Positions 52,212 through 62,260 of a DNA stretch of 64,000 nucleotides are shown one piece after another. The translations under genes and the position numbers were made by a program. Origin of the DNA: Candidatus Latescibacterota bacterium (GTDB lineage: Bacteria; Latescibacterota; UBA2968; GCA-2709665). The stretch's first letter is position 1. Every line of letters starts with the position of its first letter. Below the pieces are notes generated by a model that ran no database searches, was not told the DNA's origin, and was given only the letters and a program-made list of their open reading frames with translations. Location: the NCBI GenBank assembly GCA_965208835.1, contig OZ242358.1:4448001-4512000 (forward strand), written 5' to 3'.

Positions 52212-53327
52212 CTAGTCCGCCGTCGCCCCGTCGAGAACCTGTCTCAGGCGCCGGGCGACGATTTCATCTTCACCGTCTTCCATCATGTAGGGCATGACTT
52301 CCACGCCCGTCCCGGTGTGGAAGAGCTCGATGCGCGGATCCGAATCGGAGAGTTGCCGCCTGGCTTCTTCCGGCGTGATACGGACGGTTTCAGCATCCCA
52401 GTCGATGGACAGCACAGGGGCGACGTTGGACCGGCCGGGCTGAAGGATGCCCGTCGTCAGGGTGGGGATATGCGCGATTGCGCCCGCGATGATTTCCAGC
52501 CGGCACTCCCATTCCTTCCATTCCGCGCTGTGGTCCCGCCGCACCCACTGTTCCACGGCGGCAAGCAGTCCCATCACCTCCTCCTTGCCGGCTTTCATGG
52601 GACGCGCGAGCGAATGGTGGGGTGCGCCGTTCATGAAAGCGGCGTGCAGGATGTCTTTTCTGCCCAAAACCAGGCCGGACGCTTGAGGGCCCCGAAGGCA
52701 CTTGCCGCCGCTGTAGGCAACCACGTCCACGCCGTCGGACAGGTAGGGATTCGGAACGTCGGGCCGCTCGGCGGCGGCGTCGACGAAGGTGGGCACGTCG
52801 TGTTTTCGGGCGATTCTGACAATCTCGGGTACGGTGATGGTTCCCCGGTCGGCCGCGTCGCCGAAGATGGCGATCATCGCCGTGGATTCGTCAACGGCAG
52901 CCTCCAACTCGAGAGGGGTCTCCACCTCGACAATTTCCACGCCCACCATACGGATGGCGTGGTCGTAGACGTGCCTGTGGGACGGCTGCGTGATAACCCG
53001 GTTCTTCATCCCGGACGTATCGGGCAGACGTTTCATTTTGTCCGGATCCAGGCCGGCCACGCAGGCGGCCGTGACCTGGCACAGCGCCGCGGCGCAGCCG
53101 CTGGTGACCATGCCCGATTCGCATTTCATGAGATCCGCGATCCGTGCGCCTACTTTTTCCATCAGCTCGTCCAGATGCACGTATGCCTTCGAGGCTTCAT
53201 GGATTGCCCGCCGGACCTCCGGCAGCATCAGGGAGCCGGAGATGATGGTGTAGGTCCCCATGCAATTGATCAGGGGACGTACCCCGATGGATTCGTACGT
53301 GGGTTGGGGCGCGGCAGACGTGGACAT
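52212..53327 (-). CDS. SelA-like/DgaE-type PLP-dependent enzyme
   Basis: GVRPLINCMGTYTIISGS, VDAAAE, YSGGKCLRGPQASG, RPMKAGKEE. Confidence 0.85.
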   Translation of the reverse strand: MSTSAAPQPTYESIGVRPLINCMGTYTIISGSLMLPEVRRAIHEASKAYVHLDELMEKVGARIADLMKCESGMVTSGCAAALCQVTAACVAGLDPDKMKRLPDTSGMKNRVITQPSHRHVYDHAIRMVGVEIVEVETPLELEAAVDESTAMIAIFGDAADRGTITVPEIVRIARKHDVPTFVDAAAERPDVPNPYLSDGVDVVAYSGGKCLRGPQASGLVLGRKDILHAAFMNGAPHHSLARPMKAGKEEVMGLLAAVEQWVRRDHSAEWKEWECRLEIIAGAIAHIPTLTTGILQPGRSNVAPVLSIDWDAETVRITPEEARRQLSDSDPRIELFHTGTGVEVMPYMMEDGEDEIVARRLRQVLDGATAD

Positions 53328-53521
53328 GTAAGTATCCCGTGGAAAGACGATACCGAGAGTGCGCGTTGTTCGACGGGGCCTCAGCACGGACGGGCCTGGC
53401 AACCGATATCAAGAGTCTACAACATGGACGTGGGGATTGCAAGTCCGATGTGGCCTGGAGCCGGCGGGGACGTTGGAAAGGGCGGATCGGCACCTTGGCA
53501 ACGCTGGGTGGGGAGCAATGC

Positions 53522-53830
53522 GTGCGCCCACAAGGGACGCCCCTACACGTGCAACGTGTCGGGCGAATGGGTACTGCGAATTGGCGTTTCACGGCGCAGG
53601 CAGATGTGACGCGAATTGTGTCACTGATGTCGCATTTTGCGACAGTGGGAGAGCCAGATTACGCGGTCTGCCCGAACGCACCGGCGAAGATGAGAAAATC
53701 GGGGAATTTGACACTGCCGTTTCAGTCCCGGTCGTAGCGCGATTCAAACCTGCGTTGCCGCGGCTGAACCGCAATTTCGCGGCGATTCTCACGAAGCTGC
53801 CAGAATCCACCCCGCCGCCGAGAACGCCAG
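53522..53830 (-). repeat. Orphan copy: decayed dockerin-like 3' end + tail module
   Basis: ...PDFLIFAGAFGQTA* ending at 53659; boxes 53607-53623 and 53628-53644; GTAG-REP ~53522-53546. Confidence 0.8.
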
Positions 53831-53980
53831 GGAAATTGGGGGCGCCTCATTCGCGCCGGACGCTGAAGAGCCATACCGGATACGGACCAGCGATGTCAAG
53901 ACGATGTAGCTCTCCAATCCGCGCGCCCGGAAGAGACCGGGAAATCCCTTTACTAGACCGTGTTGGGCATGGGGAAATCT

Positions 53981-56900
53981 CTATCGGGCGAGAATGAAGC
54001 TGGCCTTTTTCCAAGCTGTTTCACCGCTCTTCAAATCGACAACTGAGACGTTCAGGAAATACTTGCCCGCGGGGCGGTTTTCCAGCTTGAGTTCCACGTA
54101 TTCGACTTCCATGGGATCCTCACCCTCCATCTCGTACGTCACTTCGAGTTCTTCACGTTTGCCCTTCTTCCACCGTATAAGGCTGGTGATGATACCCAGG
54201 GGGCTGAGATTGTCCTCCTTCGTGACCGTGTAGGATACCCGGTAGTTCGTCTGCGCGAATTCGTCCTGCCTCAGATTATAGATTTCGTAGTAGACGAATA
54301 CATTCTGGCCCACCCGGTAGGTCCGCGTTGGCATCGGAATGACCCACAGCGCGCCTTTGTTGAATTTATCCTTGTCCTTGCGGCTGGAAATCCGCCAGGC
54401 CAGTTCCAGGTCGCTCACCTGGAGGCTGTCCCGTTCATAGGACTCGATCTCGATGTCCTGACGATACCGCCCGTGCTGTACGGACAGGTTGTCCTTTATT
54501 TTCACTTCCATCCGGTAGCGCCCGGGGGGCACGTCCATGCGCGCGAGGTCCGGAACGAACGCGCTCCGTTCCGCGGTCACGTCCCCTTTCGCCGCGAAAT
54601 TCACCTTGTCCTCGCTCCGGTAGACAGCGCCGGTTGCCGGATTCCGCAGCGCCACGGTCCGGTCGACCCTTATTTCCGTCCGGTCGCCATCGATCATGTA
54701 GCGCCCCTGGTGTCGCGGTATCCCCACGTAGACTTCCAGCGCCGTCCGGAGATCCCTTTCACTCCTGAAATCGGCCGAGTTGTAATAGAATTCCATCGGC
54801 AGCGTGTTTTTCGGCGGCACGAAGTAGTTCGGATGCGCCGCGACGGCCATGCGATAGACGTTGCGGGGATTGTAGCGGTTCAGCATCGCCTGCTGTCGCG
54901 CGGGAATGCGGGCATCCAGCGGAGCCGGGGCGTAGTTATAGTTCCCGTTGTGGAATTCATCGGTGAAGGTAATCTCGATTCCGCTGCCTATGTTGACATA
55001 AGTCCACGTCTCCCACGGGACCATCGAGGCGTCTTCTCCGGACGTCACCGGCTTGAAGTCCGATAATATCCCGCTGCCCCTGCCTGCACCGGACGACAAT
55101 TCAACCTGCGGGTTGCTCGCAGATTCTGATTGATCTCCTTGCTCGTCTGGTTCCCCGTCATATACCTGTGCGCGGAAGCCGGGCGCCTCACCCACGCCGC
55201 CGCGCATGCTGCGTACCGGATAAACCGGGCCAACGTAATTTGCGCCGGGGCCGGAGGACTGTATCGGCATGTCCCCCCGGAGGTGCCCCACCCCGTCGAC
55301 GTTGGTCGCGGGCTTCATCAACATATGCGGCGGCGCGGCAACCCCGTACAGCGCGATGGAAAGCCGTTCCTTGACCCGCTGGACCGCGAGGGATTGCTGG
55401 AAATCCATGTCGTCAGAGCGGGACCTGTGATCGGGCTCGCCAAACCGGACGTAAACCTCGCCGCGCTGGTCCCACGGCTGCTTTCCCTCCGAAAAATTCT
55501 GCAGAGCGTACCACACGCGCCGATAGTGTTCCAGGCGGCGCTCGTTGGCCGCCGTAGTCAGGTCCGGGTCCTGTTCGGACCAGAATTTCTCCACGAACGC
55601 GGCTCTGTCAGACGCCGGGGTCTCGTCAAATGCCGCGAGCGTCCCCGCAGAGGCGACCAGCCGGATATCGTCATAGTGCTCCCGCGCCTGTTCTCCGGCG
55701 CCGTCCAGGTAGTCCGTGAAAAAGGCGTGGGCTCTGTCAAACGCTTCCAGTTTCATGCAGGCCTGCGCGAGAATCGGCAGCACCTCGTCGTCATCCGGAT
55801 TCTGCACGGCGTAATCCTCCAATATCTCCAGGATACGGCCGTAGTCCTTTGTTCTCAGGTAGATCCTTCCCAGCCGCTTCCGCCCTTCCGGATCGTCGGG
55901 TCGCAAACCCATATATTGAGCATAGTAGAGCGCGGCTTTCTCGTAGTCCTTCTCGAACTCCTCGACCCACTTCCCCATCAGCAGATAAGCCGGGGGAAAC
56001 CGGGGGTCGATTGCCAACACTTTCTTTATTTCCCGCCGTACGTCGTGTTCTTTCAGTTCGTGTCGTATGTCGGCAATATTGAATCGGGCTTCCACGTGGT
56101 CCCGGTCATACTGGAGGGCTTTCTGAAAGTAACGGATGGCATCGTACGATCCACGGGGCCACTTGCGGAAGGTGAGACCCAGGCCGTAGTAGGCCTCGGC
56201 CAGCGTGTGGTCGCATTCGATCGCGCGTTCGAAAGCATTGATAGCCCGCACGAGCTTCTCCGCCTCCAGATAGGCGAACCCAAGCCTGCTGTGCCCGCGG
56301 GCGTAATCCTGAGCCACCCCCGCCAGGATTTCGAGGGTGGAGATTGCCCTGAGCGGCTCTCGCCGGGTGAGTTCAGTGCCGAGGTTGAGGAGGGAGTCGA
56401 TCTGCGCTCTGCCCGCGCGTCGGTCGACGGTGCGGTAACCCGCGCCGCTGCGGACGGATTCAACCAGGTAACCGTCGTGAAAGAAGCTCGTGACAACGGC
56501 CTCGCCGTCCGCAGCTGCAGGACGGTATCCATGCGTGTAGCTGATCCGGCGGCCTCTCTTGGGATCCAATGCCGAGCGGAACAGCGTTTTCATGACTGTT
56601 GAATCCGCCGGCGTGAGCGTATGGGCTTCAATCCAGGTTCTGAGCGTCGAAAGGTCGGGCGGGCGCTGGTTCTCGTGCGCCTGCTCATAGGCTCGAAGGG
56701 CATCACCAATGACGGTCAGGTGGTCCTTGCAGACCCATCGGGCGCCGGGCGCCGCGGCAGCCTTCCTTGCGGTTGCGGCCAGGGCCGTCGCATAGGAAAG
56801 CACCGGCGCCGTGTAGAGCCCGTGCTTCTTGAATCGCACATGCAGGGCCCTCCACGCCCGTGATGCTCTGTGGTACCGGTCCACCGCCCAGTGAAATTCC

Positions 56901-57466
56901 CAGCGGTGTACGGTGGTGTAGGCCAGGGCCGAGGCATTGAATGCGGTCGCCACGCCCCACAGCACCGCCTTTGCGGCGGGACTCGGGTCCGGCGGGGCGG
57001 CGGGGGCCGCATCCGACGTTGTTCCCGGATCCGTGTCTGCCGTATCGTTCACCTGCGAAATGGAACCATCCCGGATGGCGATTTCCCAGACACTGGACCG
57101 GACAATGGGTACGGACCGCGTCGGGAGCATGGTAAGCGTATGCAGGGGGACCTGTAAGGGCGTCTCCCTGTAGCGGAGCCGTTTCCCGCCTGCAATCCAC
57201 TCCAGTCGTCCGGGTCGGCCGGGAAAGGTGCCGAGATGGCGTGGGGGGCTTGCTTGTTGTACTTCGACCCAGATCTCGGTAATGGCGGACGGCCCGGTTT
57301 CCAGCCCAATCGCCCATGCGGTACGGCCACCGCTTGAGGCCGATATCGCAGTTTGACGAATCTGTGCATTGAGACCCTCAAGAGGAAAGGACGTGAAAAT
57401 CGTCACGGCAGAAAGGAGGATCAATGCCCTCTGATTCATACCCAACAATTGTCCACGTCGCCTCAT
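53981..57466 (-). CDS. GWxTD-domain/TPR protein
   Basis: TPRs; FWSEQDPDLTTAANERRLEHYRR...WDQRGEVYVRFGEPD; C-terminal SDLELA. Confidence 0.85.
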   Translation of the reverse strand: MRRRGQLLGMNQRALILLSAVTIFTSFPLEGLNAQIRQTAISASSGGRTAWAIGLETGPSAITEIWVEVQQASPPRHLGTFPGRPGRLEWIAGGKRLRYRETPLQVPLHTLTMLPTRSVPIVRSSVWEIAIRDGSISQVNDTADTDPGTTSDAAPAAPPDPSPAAKAVLWGVATAFNASALAYTTVHRWEFHWAVDRYHRASRAWRALHVRFKKHGLYTAPVLSYATALAATARKAAAAPGARWVCKDHLTVIGDALRAYEQAHENQRPPDLSTLRTWIEAHTLTPADSTVMKTLFRSALDPKRGRRISYTHGYRPAAADGEAVVTSFFHDGYLVESVRSGAGYRTVDRRAGRAQIDSLLNLGTELTRREPLRAISTLEILAGVAQDYARGHSRLGFAYLEAEKLVRAINAFERAIECDHTLAEAYYGLGLTFRKWPRGSYDAIRYFQKALQYDRDHVEARFNIADIRHELKEHDVRREIKKVLAIDPRFPPAYLLMGKWVEEFEKDYEKAALYYAQYMGLRPDDPEGRKRLGRIYLRTKDYGRILEILEDYAVQNPDDDEVLPILAQACMKLEAFDRAHAFFTDYLDGAGEQAREHYDDIRLVASAGTLAAFDETPASDRAAFVEKFWSEQDPDLTTAANERRLEHYRRVWYALQNFSEGKQPWDQRGEVYVRFGEPDHRSRSDDMDFQQSLAVQRVKERLSIALYGVAAPPHMLMKPATNVDGVGHLRGDMPIQSSGPGANYVGPVYPVRSMRGGVGEAPGFRAQVYDGEPDEQGDQSESASNPQVELSSGAGRGSGILSDFKPVTSGEDASMVPWETWTYVNIGSGIEITFTDEFHNGNYNYAPAPLDARIPARQQAMLNRYNPRNVYRMAVAAHPNYFVPPKNTLPMEFYYNSADFRSERDLRTALEVYVGIPRHQGRYMIDGDRTEIRVDRTVALRNPATGAVYRSEDKVNFAAKGDVTAERSAFVPDLARMDVPPGRYRMEVKIKDNLSVQHGRYRQDIEIESYERDSLQVSDLELAWRISSRKDKDKFNKGALWVIPMPTRTYRVGQNVFVYYEIYNLRQDEFAQTNYRVSYTVTKEDNLSPLGIITSLIRWKKGKREELEVTYEMEGEDPMEVEYVELKLENRPAGKYFLNVSVVDLKSGETAWKKASFILAR

Positions 57467-57529
57467 GTCATCAACCTCTTTCAGACCGAATTACGAGACC
57501 CGGGTTTAGCTGACGATCCAGGTATCGAG

Positions 57530-57655
57530 ACCCCTCAACCGGCCCCTCCCCGACACGGGGAGGGGAGCGGTGCCCAACGTGCCGCCCCTCAGGTATCGAC
57601 ACGTAAAATTCGCGCGCGGTCGATTCCATGCCGCAGTAGATCCTTCGTCAGCCGG
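57530..57655 (-). repeat. REP (CCCCTCCCC..GGGGAGGGG) + copy of the 888-1010 element
   Basis: Sequence similarity to 20651-20688 and 911-1010. Confidence 0.7.
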
Positions 57656-58193
57656 CGTGTGATGGATACGTTTCCCAATACGAGCCGTCTTCCTCATTGC
57701 AGAAATCCTTTCGTTGTTAATTGGGCTCCGGTGCCGCCGCGCCGGGTAATACGTCGACGCATCGTTCAATCCGAGAGCGGCGAAGCGGGCCATCAGAAGC
57801 CACCGGGGTACGTTTGGGAGCGGCAGGGCAAGGCCGGCATCCCGGTTGCCACCTCTGTCGGCACGTCGTTGCCCTTAAGGCGGCTGACGCCCACATGCCA
57901 GGCTGCTGTTGGACCGCTCCCGTCCCGTGTATTGAAATGCCAATCCATTTCCGTCGCCACTCGTCCTGAGGCCGAATTCGAGCTTCCCGGAATGGAACGA
58001 ATCCAGACCCGGCGCGCGGCTTTCACTATCGTCAGAGTTGTGGATCACGTGTCGAACGCGTCGCTGAACCTGGAAGACCCCACAGAATTTCTTGTGCCGT
58101 CGCCTCAAATCGTCAGACGATGCCGGACCAACATGTTTGCGTTTATACGACATTAAAGTTCATAGTATAACGTGGCAATGATATTTTCACAAC

Positions 58194-58740
58194 TTAATTA
58201 TGATTTAATGCGTTATTGTAGGATATAATATATGAATTTATCGTGACTATTGTATCGCACGGTCCAATTGGGATTCGCATTTGTCCGAATGCGCCTGCAA
58301 AGATGACGAAGTCGCCGAAGCCTATCGCCCCGTCGCCGTCAAGGTCGTAGCGGACATCATACCCCTCCTCGCCGCAGCCTGTTCCGAAGCCCTGGGCGAA
58401 CAGCACGAAATCCCCGAAATCCACCGTACCGTCGGCGTTCACGTCCGGGCTGCCCCAAGCCGTGGCGCTAAACACCGCCAGCGAAAGGCCCGCCGCACGC
58501 GCCGTCACGGTGTTCATCCCCGCCGCGGGACCCAGCGTGAGCGTCGTGGACGCGTTCCCGCTCGTATCGGTCCTGGCCGCCGTCGCAGACAACGTGCCGC
58601 CGCCACCTGTGACGTTGAAGATCCCGGGCATGCCCGGGAACGGGTCCCCGTTCTGGTCCCGTACCGACACCACGAACGGCGCAGGCATCGACATCCACGG
58701 AACCCCGGGTTCAAGAGGTCCCCTGCGCCCTGACGAAAGG
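58194..58740 (-). pseudogene. 3' fragment (Ig + dockerin-like) of a WD40 paralog
   Basis: PAPFVVSVRDQNGDPFPG...DVNADGTVDFGDFV...GAFGQ; normal stop and tail missing. Confidence 0.8.
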
Positions 58741-59050
58741 ATCCGTGGCGCGGACCATGCGTTTTCAGGCAGGTTGAACGAAATCGCCGGCAAACACGCT
58801 TGCCGGGGTCAAATGCGAAGGGACGGATCGACGTGCAACTGCGATCCGTCCCCCAGTGCGAGGACATTCCGCCGGAAATCATCCAATGTCACGATGCGGT
58901 AATTAAACGACGATGCTCACGAACCGTGTACGCAGCCTGTGAATTTCCAGACAGGGAAGCGACAGACTTAACCGCAGCGACGCACCGGCGTTTGCGATGC
59001 GATCGTGTGACACTGACCGCCACAGGCAAGGGATGGGTTTTCCGCTGACG

Positions 59051-62000
59051 CTATTCCAGACGCAGCAGCGTTCCGTGAGGTCGGGTCGTGGCGGGGTCGA
59101 TGGTGAGGGACAGCATGCCGGCTGCTTTGTCCGTTTCGAGTTCGGTCCGCGGGCCGGCTTCGTGTTCGATGAAGGCGCGGCGGTGCGGCGTCCGGATCGA
59201 GAGCCGGGCCGGGGTTGTGGTTCTGACCTCGAAGGTGTCCACGGAGACCTGTTCCATCGAGAAGAGCGAGGGAATCCGCCAGGTCGTGCCGGCGTTGAAC
59301 GGGAATTCGTCCACGTCGATCCGGTTGGCGGCTGCGGACCCTATTCGGTATGCCGTCCAGCAGCCCTGGTCGGGGTCCTGTACCCGGACGAAATGACCCG
59401 CGAGGACGACGGGATGCGGAAGGGTTTCTCGGGTCCGGAATCCCTCGCGGTCATGGCCGGCGATATCACCCCCTATTGACGTGACCTCGAGGGCGACGGT
59501 CAGGTCAGGCGAGGCGAAGCGGGCCGTTTCCGTCAGAAAGAGCGATTGCCTGGCATCCCTGGATCGCGTGTACACGGCGGCTCGACCGGCGAAGGAGATG
59601 TCGCCGAACGCGCATTCGTTCTGATCCCGCGTCAGGATAACGGTGTCGTCGGCCGTCCGGCGGCGGATGCGAAGCGCCACCGGTCCGCCGTCGTTGTCCG
59701 GAACAGAAAGCGGCTGGACCTCCAGGATGTCGGGGTCCTGCCTGAAATGGTCGATGACTGCGACAAATGTGTTTCCGTTCCCGGATTCGGCCTTGCGGGC
59801 GAAGAGATAGTCGTTGCGCGCGCCGATTTCAGAATGACTCCGCTGCCCTGGTCCTTCACCCACGATAATCTCGTCCACGGGCGATACCAGACGTACCCGC
59901 ATGGTCATCCCGTCATCCGTCCAGGATGCGCTCCACTGGTCCGAGGGTTCTCCCGAGCGGAGCCCCTCGATATCTTCTCCGAGCACTCCCGGACGTTCCT
60001 CCATTGGAATCGGCCGGTCGTGAGAGGGAGGAGAACTGATGCGACCCTCCCCATGGATGGCGTAGTCCTGGACCGCGCCGCCTCTGACGCGAAAGACGTC
60101 GACCAGGTAGGCGGGTCCCGAACTCCTGTGGATCATCGCGCAAGAGCGTCTGTACGTTTCAGCCTGTTCGTACGCCCTGCAGTCCGCTTCGATTATCTTC
60201 GTGGCGGGCGACGCGGCGAGCAGGCGCAGGTTTCCCGGAGGTCTCCGGTCCCGGGGGAGCTGGTTTGCTTCGTCCAGAACCACCAGGTTGTGTTTTAGCG
60301 TGCTCCGGATGCTCGCATTGAGCGGATGGTCGCCGATATATCCGAGGTCGGAAAGGACCTCCACCCCCTCCACGTTCATGGCGATATTGAGGGCGTCCGG
60401 GTGGTCGTGGCCCTCCGGCTGGTAGAAGTTCATCAGGAAGGTGGCCGAACCCGTGAGATCGGTCCGGAACATGGCGTCGTAGCCCGTATTGAAGATCGCA
60501 AGCAGCCATCCCGGGAAGAACCGGTCCCGCACGGGCGGCGGCGGCGCGCATTCGAGTTCCGCGGACCGGTTGAAGAGGGCGAACGCGTCCCCGGTGTCCA
60601 GTCGTACGAACGGGGCGAAATCCTGTCCCATACGTACGAGACCCACGTTGTGAATCCAGGCGGGATAGGGCCAGTCGGACGGTCCTTCGCGCGCATCGGC
60701 GGTGTGGGGCAGTCGGCCGTCCGGCAGCGTCATCAGGGTCCGTGCGCGAAGGACGGTGTGGTACGGGCCGCCGGGCTCGTAGAGGTCGAGGTTGTCGTAG
60801 CGGTCTTTGCCTCTATACGATGGCGGATCGGAATATCCGTGGGCGAGTTCAGGCAGATTTCGCACGTTGGAGACCGCGTAGAGGTAATAGCTGGAGCCCT
60901 CGGCGGTGCTGCCGTCGAATTTAAAGAACCCCTTCAGGTACGGCTCAAAACCCTCGACTCCCCGGTGCACGTATTCCGGCACGCCCAGGAAGCGCCCGAG
61001 GGCGACTTCGCCCTCGCGGCAGCCCGCCACCTTGTTGTTGATGCCCTCCCAGTGCGTGAACGTGAAGAGGCCCTCCACGAGCAGGTCTTTGACGACGCGG
61101 TCGCGTTCCTTTTCAGCCAGGTAGAGACGTCCGTTGGCGTCCTTTTCGTCCCAGAGCAGATCCAGGGCTTCGGTCAGCATGCAGATGTAATGCGCTTCGG
61201 CCTGAACGCCGCCGCCTGACAGGCGTCCGCAGCCCCAGAACGTCTGTATGAGTCTTCCACTCCTCATCGGGGATCGGGCGTTCTGGTCCGGACACGGGTT
61301 GACTTCGTACCTGGCGATTCCCCTGTCCTGCGCCATGAGTTCGCAGGCGTAGAGCGGATCGCAGTCCATGTAGGTGTTCCAGTAGTCGCGGAAGAGATAG
61401 GTGGGGTATACGGCGGCAAAGCGATTCAGGATGGCCGCCGCGGCACGGGCATATCGATCCTCACCTTCCATGCGATACAGGATGGCCAGATTGCGCGCGA
61501 CCGCGGGCATGCGGTGGGCTTTCTGCTGGCGGATGGCGCCGCTGTAAGAGGAATGGACCCGGCGCCCGGCCCAGCAGAAGGCATTCCGGCCGGTCGTGAA
61601 TTCAGGGTCGTTTCTTTCTTCCGGACGGATATAATAGGTCAGGGTCTGGCCTGAGCGCGGCAGGTCGAGGCGCCCCTCTTCGGGATGGGCCTCGTCGGTC
61701 ATGACGGCGCCGCAGTGGAAACAAACCAGTTTGTCGGGATCGCGGTCGATCCATCGCATGTTGTAGGTGTTGTCCGCGGCGCAGACCGGACAGAATGTCC
61801 CGTAGATCTGTGCGGGACTCTGATCGGGGACCATCCTGGCGATCCAGGCATCGGAGCGAGCCGCATAGTATTCGCCCAGTTCGAGAAGGTCTTCGTAATG
61901 CTTTTTTGCCCAATCGTGGCGGCGGATGTTGGCGTGGGCGATACTGAAGTTGTCGTCCGTTACAGTAAGGCAGGGGTGTTGGACCTCTCCGGCGCTCCGG

Positions 62001-62071
62001 CAGTAAATCTCCTTCTTTTCTTCGAGGCGTCGCCTGCACTCCCGCTCTTCGCTGCTGTTCCAGGCCGGCAT
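59051..62071 (-). CDS. Heparinase II/III-family polysaccharide lyase-like protein
   Basis: DGSTAEGSSYY, GHDHPDALNI, DLGY, STLKHNLVVLD, YLVDVFRV. Confidence 0.85.
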   Translation of the reverse strand: MPAWNSSEERECRRRLEEKKEIYCRSAGEVQHPCLTVTDDNFSIAHANIRRHDWAKKHYEDLLELGEYYAARSDAWIARMVPDQSPAQIYGTFCPVCAADNTYNMRWIDRDPDKLVCFHCGAVMTDEAHPEEGRLDLPRSGQTLTYYIRPEERNDPEFTTGRNAFCWAGRRVHSSYSGAIRQQKAHRMPAVARNLAILYRMEGEDRYARAAAAILNRFAAVYPTYLFRDYWNTYMDCDPLYACELMAQDRGIARYEVNPCPDQNARSPMRSGRLIQTFWGCGRLSGGGVQAEAHYICMLTEALDLLWDEKDANGRLYLAEKERDRVVKDLLVEGLFTFTHWEGINNKVAGCREGEVALGRFLGVPEYVHRGVEGFEPYLKGFFKFDGSTAEGSSYYLYAVSNVRNLPELAHGYSDPPSYRGKDRYDNLDLYEPGGPYHTVLRARTLMTLPDGRLPHTADAREGPSDWPYPAWIHNVGLVRMGQDFAPFVRLDTGDAFALFNRSAELECAPPPPVRDRFFPGWLLAIFNTGYDAMFRTDLTGSATFLMNFYQPEGHDHPDALNIAMNVEGVEVLSDLGYIGDHPLNASIRSTLKHNLVVLDEANQLPRDRRPPGNLRLLAASPATKIIEADCRAYEQAETYRRSCAMIHRSSGPAYLVDVFRVRGGAVQDYAIHGEGRISSPPSHDRPIPMEERPGVLGEDIEGLRSGEPSDQWSASWTDDGMTMRVRLVSPVDEIIVGEGPGQRSHSEIGARNDYLFARKAESGNGNTFVAVIDHFRQDPDILEVQPLSVPDNDGGPVALRIRRRTADDTVILTRDQNECAFGDISFAGRAAVYTRSRDARQSLFLTETARFASPDLTVALEVTSIGGDIAGHDREGFRTRETLPHPVVLAGHFVRVQDPDQGCWTAYRIGSAAANRIDVDEFPFNAGTTWRIPSLFSMEQVSVDTFEVRTTTPARLSIRTPHRRAFIEHEAGPRTELETDKAAGMLSLTIDPATTRPHGTLLRLE

Positions 62072-62133
62072 GGGACCTCCACCTCAATTGAAAAAAAGTC
62101 CACAGTCAAATTGGCCACAAAAAGCCTGAGTGC

Positions 62134-62260
62134 GGGTAGAGGGTAGAGGGAAGACGGTAGAAGAAACCCTTGCCCGACACTTTATTCCTTCTTGCCTCCG
62201 GCAGGAGAAGAGACTCCACAAGGCAGGATATCTCTCCCGTCTACCGTCTCCCGTCTACCC
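62134..62260. repeat. Inverted pair of 4x7-mer tandem repeats
   Basis: GGGTAGA GGGTAGA GGGAAGA CGGTAGA ... TCTCCCG TCTACCG TCTCCCG TCTACCC. Confidence 0.7.

Noticed and set aside
52212-53327. True selenocysteine synthase SelA
   Set aside because: Shorter DgaE-like type; no selB/selC/selD nearby
57660-58190. Short ORFs between the GWxTD gene and the dockerin fragment
   Set aside because: No motifs or credible starts in any frame
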